A DNA stretch of 64,000 bases, from NCBI GenBank assembly GCA_037308085.1, contig CP147779.1, positions 160,001 to 224,000 on the forward strand. The letters run 5' to 3'. A program made the position numbers and the translations under genes. Each line of letters begins with the position of its first letter. Position 1 is the first letter of the stretch. Under the pieces are notes generated by a model, which was not told where the DNA came from, did no database searches, and was given only the letters and a program-made list of their open reading frames with translations. This document shows, in pieces, positions 1 through 10,592 of the stretch. Source of the DNA: Promethearchaeati archaeon SRVP18_Atabeyarchaeia-1. Its GTDB lineage: Archaea; Asgardarchaeota; Atabeyarchaeia; Atabeyarchaeales; Atabeyarchaeaceae.

Positions 1-1
1 A

Positions 2-571
2 TCCGACGGTGAGGGCATCGCGAAAGTGGCGGAGGCTTATGCACTGGGCATACGAGATCTGGTTGGCTTGGGTTCAGTTGACTATATTCATGGACCGGCG
101 TACAAGGCAATCGCGCTGGCAGGGTCGGTCGCCATGGAACTCTACACCAAGTTCCATGTTAGCAAAAGGTGGGGATTCGACAGGAAGCAGCCTAAAGAGT
201 ACGGGGTCCCTAAGGAGAAGTGGCTAGTTGGTGAAGTCCGAGACCGAGATCGCATCTTGATACTTGACGACACAATCACGACGGGCGAAGCCAAGACAGA
301 GAGCATGGAGAAGCTCAACAACTTCTCAGGATGCAAGGAACTGAAATTCGCCGCTATATTGATAATGTTGGATAGGATGGAGAGAGGGGACGAAGGTGTC
401 TTGGCCTCAACGATGCTGAAGAGAGAAGGAATAGACGTGTTCTCGATACTTAATATCAGGGAAGTGTTCGAGTACCTTAGAGGAAGAGAGATCAAAGGGA
501 AGACTTATGTTACCGAGGAAATCTATGGTTCCTTCAGCAAGTACCTTGATGAGTATGGCGGGCGGAAATGA
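2..571 (+). CDS. pyrE: Orotate phosphoribosyltransferase (5' partial)
   Basis: PRPP-binding motif ILILDDTITTGEAK, GPAYKAI, DRKQPKEYG loop; frame open from position 2, so the start is probably outside the window. Confidence 0.9.
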   Translation, partial: SDGEGIAKVAEAYALGIRDLVGLGSVDYIHGPAYKAIALAGSVAMELYTKFHVSKRWGFDRKQPKEYGVPKEKWLVGEVRDRDRILILDDTITTGEAKTESMEKLNNFSGCKELKFAAILIMLDRMERGDEGVLASTMLKREGIDVFSILNIREVFEYLRGREIKGKTYVTEEIYGSFSKYLDEYGGRK

Positions 572-745
572 GCCTGCAACGCCATCTGCAACCTCGAGAA
601 TCGGGAGGACCTGCCGATCTGTTCCAGATCGCCCTCCAACGTATATCTTGAGAATCCGCCAATCCTTAAATATCGTAATAGGTACAAGGGTACTTGGATC
701 ATTTTGTAAGCTGGTCAGCTGTTCCGTTAGAGAGGCGGGGCGATA

Positions 746-1288
746 ATGGACTACGACTACCTGTTCAAGGTGATAGCCGTCGGAAACGGCGCTGTTGGAA
801 AGACCAGTATCACCCTCCGTTTCAGCACTGGAAAGTTCAGAGACTCGTACATCATGACAATAGGTGTTGATTTCGCCATAAAGACGATCGAAGTCCAGAG
901 CCGAGAGGGCGTTAAGAAAGTCAAGCTACAAATCTGGGACACCGGAGGGCAAGAGAGATTTTCATATGTCCGCCCACTGTATTACAAGGGGGCGATGGGA
1001 GGACTAGTTGTTTTTGATGTAACCCAGCCCGAGAGTTTTGAGAGCGTCCCGAAGTGGTTTGAGGAAGTAAGAAAGAATCGAGGAGACGTCCCACTGATCT
1101 TGGTTGGAAACAAGGTTGACTTGGATGACCGCAAGGTCTCATCCGAGCAAGCACAGCAACTGGCTAAGAAGATCGGGGTGAAGTATCTTGAGACGAGCGC
1201 GAAGACTGGCGAAAGCATCGAGAAAGTATTCAGTGAGTTGTCCAGTCTCATGGTCAAGTATACCAAGCAAATCGAAAGAGAGGGATAA
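746..1288 (+). CDS. Rab-like small GTPase
   Basis: G1 GNGAVGKTS, IGVDF, KLQIWDTGGQE, YYKGA, NKVD, ETSAK; N-terminal YDYLFK; no C-terminal Cys. Confidence 0.93.
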   Translation: MDYDYLFKVIAVGNGAVGKTSITLRFSTGKFRDSYIMTIGVDFAIKTIEVQSREGVKKVKLQIWDTGGQERFSYVRPLYYKGAMGGLVVFDVTQPESFESVPKWFEEVRKNRGDVPLILVGNKVDLDDRKVSSEQAQQLAKKIGVKYLETSAKTGESIEKVFSELSSLMVKYTKQIEREG

Positions 1289-1455
1289 GCTGGCAGACAA
1301 CCTCCTGGGCTTGCCTTTGTTTGTCTGACTGATCTCAGGATGACAAGTAGTCTTGGGCTTATAACGATCCGGGGCGAGTAACCTACGATTTCTGCAGGCA
1401 AGACAAAAGGCTAGATAACATGACCATCAGAATCGGTGCAACGTGATGAGGAAGG

Positions 1456-3192
1456 GTGCGGGAAATGAGCCAACCGAATGAAACGGAGTTAAGCCAGTCA
1501 ATTAGGAAGCATGCCTTAATCAACGCGATCAAGCATGACGGCAAAGCTGACATCAAAGCCGTAATGAGCAGGATAATGGCTGACGTGCCTGCGGCGAGGA
1601 GCAAATCCAAGACGGTGAGAGAACTAGTTGACAAGATCGTCGCTGAAATCAATAATACGCCTCTCATACGGCAGAAAGAAATGGCTGGAGAATTAGCCCC
1701 CGACTACTTCGTGGAGTCTAAGAAGACGGCAAAGAAGGAACTGCCTCCACTGCCAGACGCTGCAGAGGGGAAAGTGGTTACCAGACTGGCGCCTGAACCC
1801 AATGGATACATCCATCTTGGAAACGCAATGTCCTTCAATTTCAACTTCTTATATGCCAGACGATACTTAGGGACCCTTTGGCTGCGCTTCGAGGATACTA
1901 ATCCCAAGAAGGAGAAGAAGGAGTACTACAATGCGATAAAAGATGACATCAAGTGGCTTGAGATAAAATGGGACAAGGAGAAAAGCAACTCGGATGACCT
2001 GGAGACCTTCTATGATTTCGCTGGGAAGCTACTCGAGCAGGGCAAAGCGTACATCTGCTCTTGCCCGCTGGAGGGGACAAGGAAGAACCGGGCATCTGGA
2101 TTGACATGCGCTTGCAGAGAGAACCCGCCCTCGAGGAATATCGAACTATGGGACCAGATGCTTTCAAATAGATTCAAAGAGGGGGAAGTTGTTTGGAGAA
2201 TCAAAGGAGACATGCAGAGCACGAACTACGTGATGCGTGATCCTACCCTTTTCAGAATAGTTGATTCCCCACATGCGCTGAAAGGTTCAAAGTACAACGT
2301 GTGGCCGACGTATGACTTTGCCGTGGCTATTGAGGACAGCATATGTGGAGTCACGCATGTACTTAGGAGCAATGAGTTTGCCCTTCGGGGAGAACTGCAG
2401 ACCTATATAAGAACACTACTTGACCTACGTGGCCCAATAATCCTAGAGTATAGCAGATTCAATTTCGAGGGGACGCCGACTTCGAAGAGGCTAATCAAGC
2501 CACTAGTAGATAGCGGCGCTGTTTCTGGCTGGGATGACATAAGGCTCTCGACCATCAGAGGGGTGAGACGCAGAGGAATTATTCCGAAGGCCATTCAGGA
2601 GTTCACTGTTCACATCGGGATCAGCCGTGCACAGCCAGTCTTCTCTTGGGACTTACTGCTAAGCATCAACCGGAAGATCTTGGACCCAATCGCCAAGAGG
2701 TACTTCTTTGTAGAAGACCCAGTGAAGATAATCGTTCAGGATGCACCTAGACTTGTGGTGAAGCTTAAGCACCACCCTGACATTGACCTCGGCTATAGAG
2801 AAGTGGAGACAGGCGACACCTTTTACATTCCCAGAAAAGACTTGGTCGATGCGGGCGGACTCTTGAGGCTAAAGGACCTATATAACGTCAAAGTTGTCGA
2901 GAAAAGTGCGAAAAGTGTTACTTGCAGATTTGCAGGGAGGGATTTAGTCGAGGGTATCACCAAGGTTCAGTGGACCACTGAGGAATTCGTTCCCATTGAA
3001 GTTCTTGTGCCTGGCCTCCTTTATGAGGGGGATTCTCTGAACAAGCATAGCCTTACCATAGTCAAGGGTTACGGCGAAAACTCATGCGGGGAAACGAAGG
3101 TAGATGAACATGTCCAGTTTGAGAGATTCGGATTCTGCAGGATCGATCAGAAGAAGGGGAATTCAATAACCGCGTGCTTCACGCATCGGTAG
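1456..3192 (+). CDS. gltX: Glutamyl-tRNA synthetase (archaeal type)
   Basis: RLAPEPNGYIHLGN (HIGH-like), LRFEDTNP, WPTYDF, THVLRSNE, TSKR, QFERFGF. Confidence 0.95.
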   Translation: MREMSQPNETELSQSIRKHALINAIKHDGKADIKAVMSRIMADVPAARSKSKTVRELVDKIVAEINNTPLIRQKEMAGELAPDYFVESKKTAKKELPPLPDAAEGKVVTRLAPEPNGYIHLGNAMSFNFNFLYARRYLGTLWLRFEDTNPKKEKKEYYNAIKDDIKWLEIKWDKEKSNSDDLETFYDFAGKLLEQGKAYICSCPLEGTRKNRASGLTCACRENPPSRNIELWDQMLSNRFKEGEVVWRIKGDMQSTNYVMRDPTLFRIVDSPHALKGSKYNVWPTYDFAVAIEDSICGVTHVLRSNEFALRGELQTYIRTLLDLRGPIILEYSRFNFEGTPTSKRLIKPLVDSGAVSGWDDIRLSTIRGVRRRGIIPKAIQEFTVHIGISRAQPVFSWDLLLSINRKILDPIAKRYFFVEDPVKIIVQDAPRLVVKLKHHPDIDLGYREVETGDTFYIPRKDLVDAGGLLRLKDLYNVKVVEKSAKSVTCRFAGRDLVEGITKVQWTTEEFVPIEVLVPGLLYEGDSLNKHSLTIVKGYGENSCGETKVDEHVQFERFGFCRIDQKKGNSITACFTHR

Positions 3193-3248
3193 CAAGAAAA
3201 GGAGACTGGGCAACGCCGACTAGAATAAGCTCCATAGAATAGAAGGGA

Positions 3249-3361
3249 GGGGCTTCATCGCCAATTCGGGAGAGGGGATTCCCTTCAGAAAGGGTAGCCC
3301 TTTCTGATGGAGGGCGAGGAAGAGGGAACATATGAGAAAACACCTTTACTGGCTCAGCCCC
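3249..3361 (-). ncRNA. Candidate small RNA closed by a K-turn
   Basis: Minus strand 5' GGGGCU-GA-GCCAGU ... AUUGGC-GAU-GA-AGCCCC 3'; internal perfect 10-bp hairpin 3285-3307; TTTATAAA box about 24 nt upstream. Confidence 0.5.
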
Positions 3362-3385
3362 ATGATCAAAACCTAGCTTAGAACA

Positions 3386-3393
3386 TTTATAAA
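3386..3393 (-). promoter_or_regulatory. TATA box for the candidate ncRNA
   Basis: TTTATAAA preceded on the minus strand by A-rich BRE-like sequence; no protein gene starts downstream. Confidence 0.5.
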
Positions 3394-3486
3394 CGTTTGT
3401 TCGAAAACCGCTTGGTTCTATATGTATTCACCCACTTTCTTGCGACGCTCGCAAGCAATTGCGACAATCACAGAGAAAACGCCATG

Positions 3487-4077
3487 CTAGTCCTCGATGG
3501 TACGTCTTAGCCTGCGACCACAGTTTGTGCAGAACTCTGGGTTCGATTCATACTCGACCCCGCATTTCGGGCACTTGTAGAATTCCTTCTTTGAGGCAGA
3601 ATCGACAAGTTCAACTCTGGTCCTTCTAGCTACCATTCCCTGCTTAGCCAGCCCTCCAACCACCCCCGGCAAACTGAGGATGAATCCGGTTTCAATCCCT
3701 GCCCAGAGCGTCTCCGAGACCACAGGCAACCAGCCCCCAGCCAAGGTCTGTGGGAAGTAGTTCTTAGTGATATAGAGTGAGAGCAGGGCAACTATGATGC
3801 CAGTAAGTAGCCCAGTGAGGATGCCGTCCGTCCAACTCTTCAGAAAGAGGAAGGAAAGGATGAATGTTACAACTAGTAGCACCGTCAGGGAACTGGATGA
3901 TAGCAGGTCAGACAGGAAAACTATGGTGAAGGCAATGACGTATGCGCGCTGTCCTTGACCTTGGTAAGTTTGCAGCAGAGCCTCGTACTGCCCCCGCATC
4001 AGGAAGTATGTTAGAGCAGCCAGAACCAGTATCAGAAGAATGGCTGTGCAGAATGAACGAAGTTTATGCGTTGGCAA
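3487..4077 (-). CDS. Membrane protein with C-terminal zinc ribbon
   Basis: About 4-5 hydrophobic segments; CPKCG...CTNCG. Confidence 0.8.
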   Translation of the reverse strand: MPTHKLRSFCTAILLILVLAALTYFLMRGQYEALLQTYQGQGQRAYVIAFTIVFLSDLLSSSSLTVLLVVTFILSFLFLKSWTDGILTGLLTGIIVALLSLYITKNYFPQTLAGGWLPVVSETLWAGIETGFILSLPGVVGGLAKQGMVARRTRVELVDSASKKEFYKCPKCGVEYESNPEFCTNCGRRLRRTIED

Positions 4078-4150
4078 TGAGTTGACACTACCTGGAAACG
4101 GAGTTTTGCAGGATTCGGTCTCTATCCACCTAGTGGCTCAGAAACCTTAT

Positions 4151-4669
4151 CTATCGCTTTATGTGAGTTAGAATTCCACCGAGTGCCCCCCCTACACCCG
4201 AAACGACGCAGAGCGCCACTGCCTGAAATGAGAGAAGGGACGCTAAATACTGTAGAGGGTTATTCATCCACATTGTTATCAAGCCATCTCCAGGCAGCGC
4301 TATACCCAAGAATGGCGAAAGGAACAGAACTAGCCACCCTATGACAACTGAGAGTATGGCCGAGAACAATCCTGTGCCAAAACCCTTCGAAGCATTTCTT
4401 GAGAGCATCCCTACCGTTATGCCGCCGACGAGCCAAGGCACCACTCCCAGAACCAAGAGTTGGATACTTGAGAGTTCAAGCTGTGCATCGAGAAGCACGT
4501 GGTGTACCAGAAACCATATCTTAGCAACCCAGGTGTATTGCGTGCTGAGAATCGTCTGGGCAAACGTGGCTGGAACTACTTCAGAAGGCAACTCACCGAA
4601 GAGTAACAGACCCCAAGCTAAGCCCAGAGAAACAGCGAAACCAGCGATGATGTTGACCGTTGATCCCAA
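4151..4669 (-). CDS. Hypothetical membrane protein
   Basis: About 4 hydrophobic helices with GxxxG motifs, co-oriented with the downstream membrane protein. Confidence 0.75.
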   Translation of the reverse strand: MGSTVNIIAGFAVSLGLAWGLLLFGELPSEVVPATFAQTILSTQYTWVAKIWFLVHHVLLDAQLELSSIQLLVLGVVPWLVGGITVGMLSRNASKGFGTGLFSAILSVVIGWLVLFLSPFLGIALPGDGLITMWMNNPLQYLASLLSFQAVALCVVSGVGGALGGILTHIKR

Positions 4670-4813
4670 TCTCGGTACCTCCTACAGAATCATATTCTAT
4701 AATCACTTTATTAAGATAGAGCAATCCTCTGGGCAACCGAAGATGCTCGGGGCCATACTCGCAATATTGGGTGTGATGTCTGCACTGAGTTGCCGGCATG
4801 AGTAATGCTGACT

Positions 4814-6175
4814 CTATGTTCGTGATAGCCCCTTTACTTCATCGTAGATTGCTTCCACTTTCTTCTGCCAAGTCCCGAGTTCTTTCAAGTTGCGCGGATA
4901 CGACTTGTACAAGGTTTTTGTTTCGCGCATCTTCTTGGCAACAGCATTTAGTCTTTTGAGGAGCGATATTTTGCCTATTCCCCTGAAGACTCGTCTCACT
5001 TTCTCGCTGGTATTGAGTTTGAGTTCAGCGCCCATACTCGTCTTGAGGATGTCTTCTTCAGTTACTATCCTGTTCTTAAGACCATAGTTCAGTTCCTCGT
5101 TTGTTAGGGTCTGAAGCAGTATTCTGAACAGATCGAGTGAGGGCTGCTTGTATCCGTACACCTCAATGAAGTCGGTGTTGTACTTCCAAAGCGAGCGCCA
5201 GCTGTAGTCTTCCTTCTCTATGGCCTTGATGGTGACTGCCCCAGCTGCGTCGCCGGCAAGCATTGAAGAGTGGATTCCGCCTCCGTGCAGCGGGTTGACT
5301 TGACATGCTGAGTCACCCACGAGCGCAAAGCCGTTGGCTACACATGACCATAGTTGGCGTCTGGTTGGAACAACGCCTCCTCCGCCTGTGAGAAGTTTCG
5401 AGTCCTTGAATATTCGCTGTTTGAGAACATGGCCGTATAAGAGTACCTTGGGGTTTGGATGTCCCTTCGCCATTTGTACGCCTAGACCCACGTTCAACCT
5501 TTTGCCAGATTCTGGGAACATCCAGACGTATCCGCCAGGCGCGAGGCTTTGGTCAAGATAGATCTTGCAGCAGTCCGGCGTGTCAAGTTCTTCCTCGACG
5601 GCCCTGATCTCACGATAACAGATTTCCACGTCTCCCGGTTCAACTTCAGTCTCTATGCCGTACTTCTCGGCGAATGGAAGAGCTTTTCTGAGTACCGCAT
5701 AGTACCCGCTCGCGTCAATCGTTATTTTTCCAAGGAATTCGACTGTTTCAGAGGTACTCATCTTCTTTGCGGTTACTCCGCACACTGCGTCATCTTTTAT
5801 GATGGGTGCTTGCACGATTGTTCTGTCGAATAGGGTTGCACCCGCATCGACGGCATCGTCAACGAGCCTTTGCCCGAAGTTCAACCTGTTTATGGTAAAT
5901 CCCTCGCCTTGTATCCTCATGTGGGATTCTCTGTCAGGGGAGTAAAGATCAAAGCCATTGATCTTGTGTTCGAGCTCGCCACCCTGCGGGTACTTCAGCT
6001 TGAGCTTGTCAAAGGCATCTTTTGAAATGCCATCTCCACAGACTTTCTCTCCTATCTTCTTTCTTTCCTTGCTGTCAATGAGAGCGACCCGGAGACCAGC
6101 TTTCGCAATGCGCTTGGCCGCCGCTGTTCCCCCTGTGCCAGCGCCTACGACAATGACATCACATTTTTCCGTCAA
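4814..6175 (-). CDS. Geranylgeranyl reductase family protein (archaeal lipid reductase-like)
   Basis: VVGAGTGG FAD motif, KVCGDG, PGGYVWMFP, VGDSACQVNPLHGGGI. Confidence 0.9.
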   Translation of the reverse strand: MTEKCDVIVVGAGTGGTAAAKRIAKAGLRVALIDSKERKKIGEKVCGDGISKDAFDKLKLKYPQGGELEHKINGFDLYSPDRESHMRIQGEGFTINRLNFGQRLVDDAVDAGATLFDRTIVQAPIIKDDAVCGVTAKKMSTSETVEFLGKITIDASGYYAVLRKALPFAEKYGIETEVEPGDVEICYREIRAVEEELDTPDCCKIYLDQSLAPGGYVWMFPESGKRLNVGLGVQMAKGHPNPKVLLYGHVLKQRIFKDSKLLTGGGGVVPTRRQLWSCVANGFALVGDSACQVNPLHGGGIHSSMLAGDAAGAVTIKAIEKEDYSWRSLWKYNTDFIEVYGYKQPSLDLFRILLQTLTNEELNYGLKNRIVTEEDILKTSMGAELKLNTSEKVRRVFRGIGKISLLKRLNAVAKKMRETKTLYKSYPRNLKELGTWQKKVEAIYDEVKGLSRT

Positions 6176-6520
6176 AGTGACTCACACCACTGAGACGCTT
6201 TCAATCTGGAATACAACTAATATACGTTTCCATATTTCTCATAATCGGTTCAGAAGCTTCATGACCTGCATTTTTCGGATAAACGGAAATGCCGCATACA
6301 GTTCCTATTTCCTGCAAGTAGCTGAAGCGACGAAGAAGTACGGCAAATACCCATGGAGCTTTTAGGAGGAGCTTTGGATAGAACGTGTAGCGTTCCAACC
6401 TTCTCTTCGGGGCATGCCTTCCAGATGAAGCTATGAATGCTGTTTTCGAAAAGCGTATATTGAACTGTTACGTATTGAGCAGACAGCACTAACATTCTGG
6501 AGTCTGGTGTCATCCTAACC

Positions 6521-8473
6521 ATGCCAAACCAAAATAGATTCCGTATTGAGTCTCTGCTTTCAGCTCGTCGGCTAGTGTCTCCCCAGTTATGCGGGGACAG
6601 GATCTACTTCTTGAGTGATATGAGTGGCTTGATTAGCCTCTACCGGATGAGCAAAGAGGGCAGTATACCTGAGCCGCTGCTACCTGGCGGGCTTGCTCTT
6701 CAGAATCCCCACTTAATGGATGGAAGGGTCTTCTACGCGCTGCCACAACTGCAGAAGATACTAGTCATGATTGATGAGAATGGCAATGAGAACTACCAGC
6801 CTTCCTTTGTCCCAGAAGAAGGTGGCATCCCTGAGCCCATATTCGGAGACAAATACAAGGGAGAAAAATTGGCGTGCCTATACTGTGACGTAGAGCAGAA
6901 TATCGCGTACTTCTTTCGCGATGATAGGAAGACCCCCGACCTGGAATGCTTGCAGACGAATCTCCGGACTCTCGAAACCAACTCGCTCGGTAAGAGCATA
7001 TACGGGAACTTCTTCAATGGAGTCAACGAAGATCACTCCAAGGTAATCCTAGTCGACCAATACACGGCTCAAGATAACGTTCTCTTTATTTGGAAGCGCG
7101 GCGCATCAGAGAGGGAACTACTTTATGGCACACCCATTGACAAGCGTGAACCCGGTCAGCAAGTGAAGTTTTCGGGCATAGGCGCATGCCACTTCACTGA
7201 CGATAACAAGGGACTTCTCTTCAGAACAACTCTTTTCCACGACGAAGCAGGACTCGGCTACCTTAAGCTCGACGACCCCAGCCTAGTAGCAGAGATTCCT
7301 GTCTCAGGGCTCAAACACGAAGGGCAAGGAGAACTCGTCGAGACGCGACACATCCACGGAAACAGATTCGTCCTAGAATACAATATTGACGGGTGCACAT
7401 GGCTTTACGAAGGACTGTTTTACGGCAAGAAGAGCCCGCACTTCGACGTTGAGAAAGTTGTATCTGGCCTCCCCCCTGTCTCCAACGGCGTTGTCCTCGG
7501 ATGGGAATATGAGTTGAACAAGAACAAACGGGAACCCTACGCCGAATACGTCCTCTCCTTCACAAAAGCCACCAGTCCATCCCAGCTCTATCTCTTCGAC
7601 CCCTACAATTCTGCAAAAAAGGAAAGACAGTACACAGTTCTATCAAATGAGCGTGTACTTGGGATCGACAAGAAATATCTCTCAGAGGGTGAGGACAAGA
7701 GCTACACAAGCTTCGACGGACTGCGGATCTCAGCACGCCTCTACATGCCTTCTGAGCATCTAGACTTCCAGGGACCTAGGCCACTGGTTCTCTATGTGCA
7801 TGGGGGACCACAGGGTCAAGAGCGTCCCGACTTCACATGGTTCTCAATGCCCCTAATACAGTACTTGACCCTCAACGGGTTCGCTGTCTTCGTGCCAAAC
7901 GTCCGGGGCAGCGCCGGATATGGATTGCGATTCATGAAAATGGTTGACCACGACTGGGGCGGGAATGACAGGCTCGATCAGATTGAGGGACTGAAGACGC
8001 TGGAAACAGATCCACGAATCGACTCCTCAAGGAGAGCAGTTATAGGCAGATCCTACGGAGGATATATGACCCTCACACTTGTGTCTCGTCACCCTGAGCT
8101 CTGGAAGGCCGCTTGTGATATGTTCGGCCCCTACGACCTACCTGCGTTTATTAACAGGCTACCGGAATCATGGAAGACATTCTTCTACCTCGAAATTGGT
8201 CACCCTGAGAAGGACCGTGATTTCCTGATAGAACGTTCCCCCCGAACTTACTTGGATAATATCTCGTGCCCGATGCTCATCATCCAAGGAAAGAATGACC
8301 CTCGCGTGCTGAAGGAAGAGTCTGCTGAGATCGCTGAGAAACTGAAGGCAAGGGGCTTAGATGTGGACTTCCAGTTGTTCGAAGATGAAGGACATGATGT
8401 CTTGAAGTATAAGAACCGAGTGACCTGTTATACAAAGATCAAAGACTTCTTCCAGAAACACCTAATGAGCTAA
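6521..8473 (+). CDS. S9 prolyl oligopeptidase/acylaminoacyl peptidase
   Basis: HGGP, GRSYGG nucleophile, NDPRV Asp, DEGH His. Confidence 0.92.
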   Translation: MPNQNRFRIESLLSARRLVSPQLCGDRIYFLSDMSGLISLYRMSKEGSIPEPLLPGGLALQNPHLMDGRVFYALPQLQKILVMIDENGNENYQPSFVPEEGGIPEPIFGDKYKGEKLACLYCDVEQNIAYFFRDDRKTPDLECLQTNLRTLETNSLGKSIYGNFFNGVNEDHSKVILVDQYTAQDNVLFIWKRGASERELLYGTPIDKREPGQQVKFSGIGACHFTDDNKGLLFRTTLFHDEAGLGYLKLDDPSLVAEIPVSGLKHEGQGELVETRHIHGNRFVLEYNIDGCTWLYEGLFYGKKSPHFDVEKVVSGLPPVSNGVVLGWEYELNKNKREPYAEYVLSFTKATSPSQLYLFDPYNSAKKERQYTVLSNERVLGIDKKYLSEGEDKSYTSFDGLRISARLYMPSEHLDFQGPRPLVLYVHGGPQGQERPDFTWFSMPLIQYLTLNGFAVFVPNVRGSAGYGLRFMKMVDHDWGGNDRLDQIEGLKTLETDPRIDSSRRAVIGRSYGGYMTLTLVSRHPELWKAACDMFGPYDLPAFINRLPESWKTFFYLEIGHPEKDRDFLIERSPRTYLDNISCPMLIIQGKNDPRVLKEESAEIAEKLKARGLDVDFQLFEDEGHDVLKYKNRVTCYTKIKDFFQKHLMS

Positions 8474-8975
8474 CAGAAAGAAAGTTCGACAGCAAGTTTA
8501 CATCGGGCAGTTCTATCTTTAGTGTCTCGCCTATCCTCATTCCACTCGAACTCAGCACAAGGAACAATGCTTTGCCCTGTATTGGCAGATGGCTCATTAT
8601 CTTCCTTAACATTACATTTGAAGGAACCTTGTCCATTGTTACTGCATCGGTTCCCTTTACTCTGTGTATGAGAGTATCCCAGAAGTCCTCATCGAACCTA
8701 ACCCTGTTTGCCTTGAAGAAACTCCTGAGCCCCGACATTGTTGATCGTACTGTTTCTGGGGCTTCTCCTTTAATTGCTGAAAAGAAATTGGTCACATCTT
8801 CTTCGTAATTCCTGTTCTCTGTGAGGTATTTTTCTGCATCTCCATCCTCACTGAATTTGATGTCAGGGTTTCCGCCATGGTATACAAAACGCAGGTACTT
8901 CACTATGACATGCTTGCATTGTATGGTCGTTGCTTTGCTACTGAACTGGTTAAGAAGACTTTTTGCTCGATCCAA
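8439..8975 (-). pseudogene. Truncated tyrosine recombinase/integrase
   Basis: N-terminal binding region plus box I SSGMRIGE; lacks HxxR and catalytic Tyr; AT-rich flank. Confidence 0.75.
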
Positions 8976-9168
8976 CTCTCTCTATCTTCTCTGTAACCAT
9001 TAAATAGATAGTTACTGATACAAATATATAAATCCTTAAGTAGCGGGCTTCAATATAATGATATTTATATGTGCATAGTTAACGAGTCTTTGAATTATCG
9101 ATTGAAGCTGAAGGAACACGTGCAGAGAAACTAGTCGCAGCACGCGTCGACCACCGAGGTAAGTACTA

Positions 9169-10113
9169 ATGACTTTGAGATGTGCCGTGATTGGGGCCGG
9201 ATGGTTTGGCAGAGCACATTGCCGCGTCTACAGAGATCTAATAAACGCCCAGCTAGTAGCGGTTGCGGACGCAGACTCTTCACGCGCCAACGAGGTTGCG
9301 CAAATCTATAGCTGCAAGCCATATACCGATGCCATTGACATGGTGGAAACAGAAAGACCTGATGCAGTCAGCATAGCCGTTTCACCGCAGAACCTATCAA
9401 AAGTGGCATCAAAGGTGATCGAACACAAGATAGGTGGAGTCTTGGTCGAGAAGCCCATAGCGACAAGTCTGCAGGAAGTCACTGAGCTGCTGAACAAGAG
9501 CAAGAAAAGGGAAGTCCCCGTAATGCCAGGATTCATAGAGCTATTTAACCCCTGCATCGAGAGGCTTGAAGAGGCAATCAAGAAGAACAACGAGGTCGGA
9601 CAACCCTACGTGGCTAGCTCAAAGAGAATTGGAAGGAACCCAAAAAGAGGGTGGGACATAGGTGTTCTACTCGATCTCGGAATACATGAGATCTACGTTC
9701 TAAGAAAGCTCTTTGGATCTCCCCGACGGATATTCTGCCAGACCAAGAGCTACGGCGGTGGCAAGACGGAGGACGTGGCTAACCTGATTATTGAATTTGA
9801 CAACGGCGTTCTAGGGATGATAGAAACTAACTGGATTACACCCATAGGAATAAGAAGCATGATAGTAACAGGATCTGAAGGAAGCGTGGAGGTCGACTAC
9901 ATAACACAAGAACTAAAGATGATCAAGAAGGATCGAACCATAAAACCACACTTCGCCTTCGAAGAGCCACTGAAGCGCGAATTGAAAGCCTTCACCGAAT
10001 CAATCGAGAAAGGAGAGGATCCGCCCGTGAACCTTGTGGATGCCGAGGAATCGCTCAAAGTCGCCTTCGCAGCACTTAACTCCGCGAGGCAAATGCAAGT
10101 GGTCGCGCTATAG
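9169..10113 (+). CDS. Gfo/Idh/MocA oxidoreductase
   Basis: IGAGWFG, VEKP, DLGIHE. Confidence 0.9.
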   Translation: MTLRCAVIGAGWFGRAHCRVYRDLINAQLVAVADADSSRANEVAQIYSCKPYTDAIDMVETERPDAVSIAVSPQNLSKVASKVIEHKIGGVLVEKPIATSLQEVTELLNKSKKREVPVMPGFIELFNPCIERLEEAIKKNNEVGQPYVASSKRIGRNPKRGWDIGVLLDLGIHEIYVLRKLFGSPRRIFCQTKSYGGGKTEDVANLIIEFDNGVLGMIETNWITPIGIRSMIVTGSEGSVEVDYITQELKMIKKDRTIKPHFAFEEPLKRELKAFTESIEKGEDPPVNLVDAEESLKVAFAALNSARQMQVVAL

Positions 10114-10185
10114 GATGTTATCCCATCACGTAAAACTATATATATGAAAGCAAGGATTTCTTGTTGTGAGGGAAGGTTCATCACC

Positions 10186-10398
10186 ATGTCAGACAACCAG
10201 AATGATATCCCGCCTTCTGCATTGAAGATATTTGGCATCCTGAAGATCAGCGGACCGTTGACGCCTAAGGCAATCTCCAACAGGACGACTTTCTCATCAA
10301 GAACCGTGAGATACGCCTTGAAGATCCTTCTGAAGCTTGGACTGGTTAGGAAGCTTCCCAATCTACATGATGCCAGGCAGTTCATCTACAAAACCTGA
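10186..10398 (+). CDS. Small winged-helix DNA-binding protein
   Basis: GPLTPKAIS...SRTVRYALKIL...GLV...DARQFIY pattern. Confidence 0.8.
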   Translation: MSDNQNDIPPSALKIFGILKISGPLTPKAISNRTTFSSRTVRYALKILLKLGLVRKLPNLHDARQFIYKT

Positions 10399-10592
10399 GA
10401 AAGGACTGGACCGGTCTCTCGCCCCCAGGTTTCTGCGACTTTTTGGTCATTGCTAATCGTATGAAACTGATTGACTGGCAACAGCTTAATGTTTTTATAT
10501 TTGTAACCAGCATCAAGTTATCAGATTACGCACCGTATTTAAAACGGTCGCGTGTCCTTTGCATGTATAGCCAAACTAACGAGGGGACTTGT

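Noticed and set aside
6201-6522. Short ORFs in the divergent intergenic region
   Set aside because: No motifs; more likely promoter DNA
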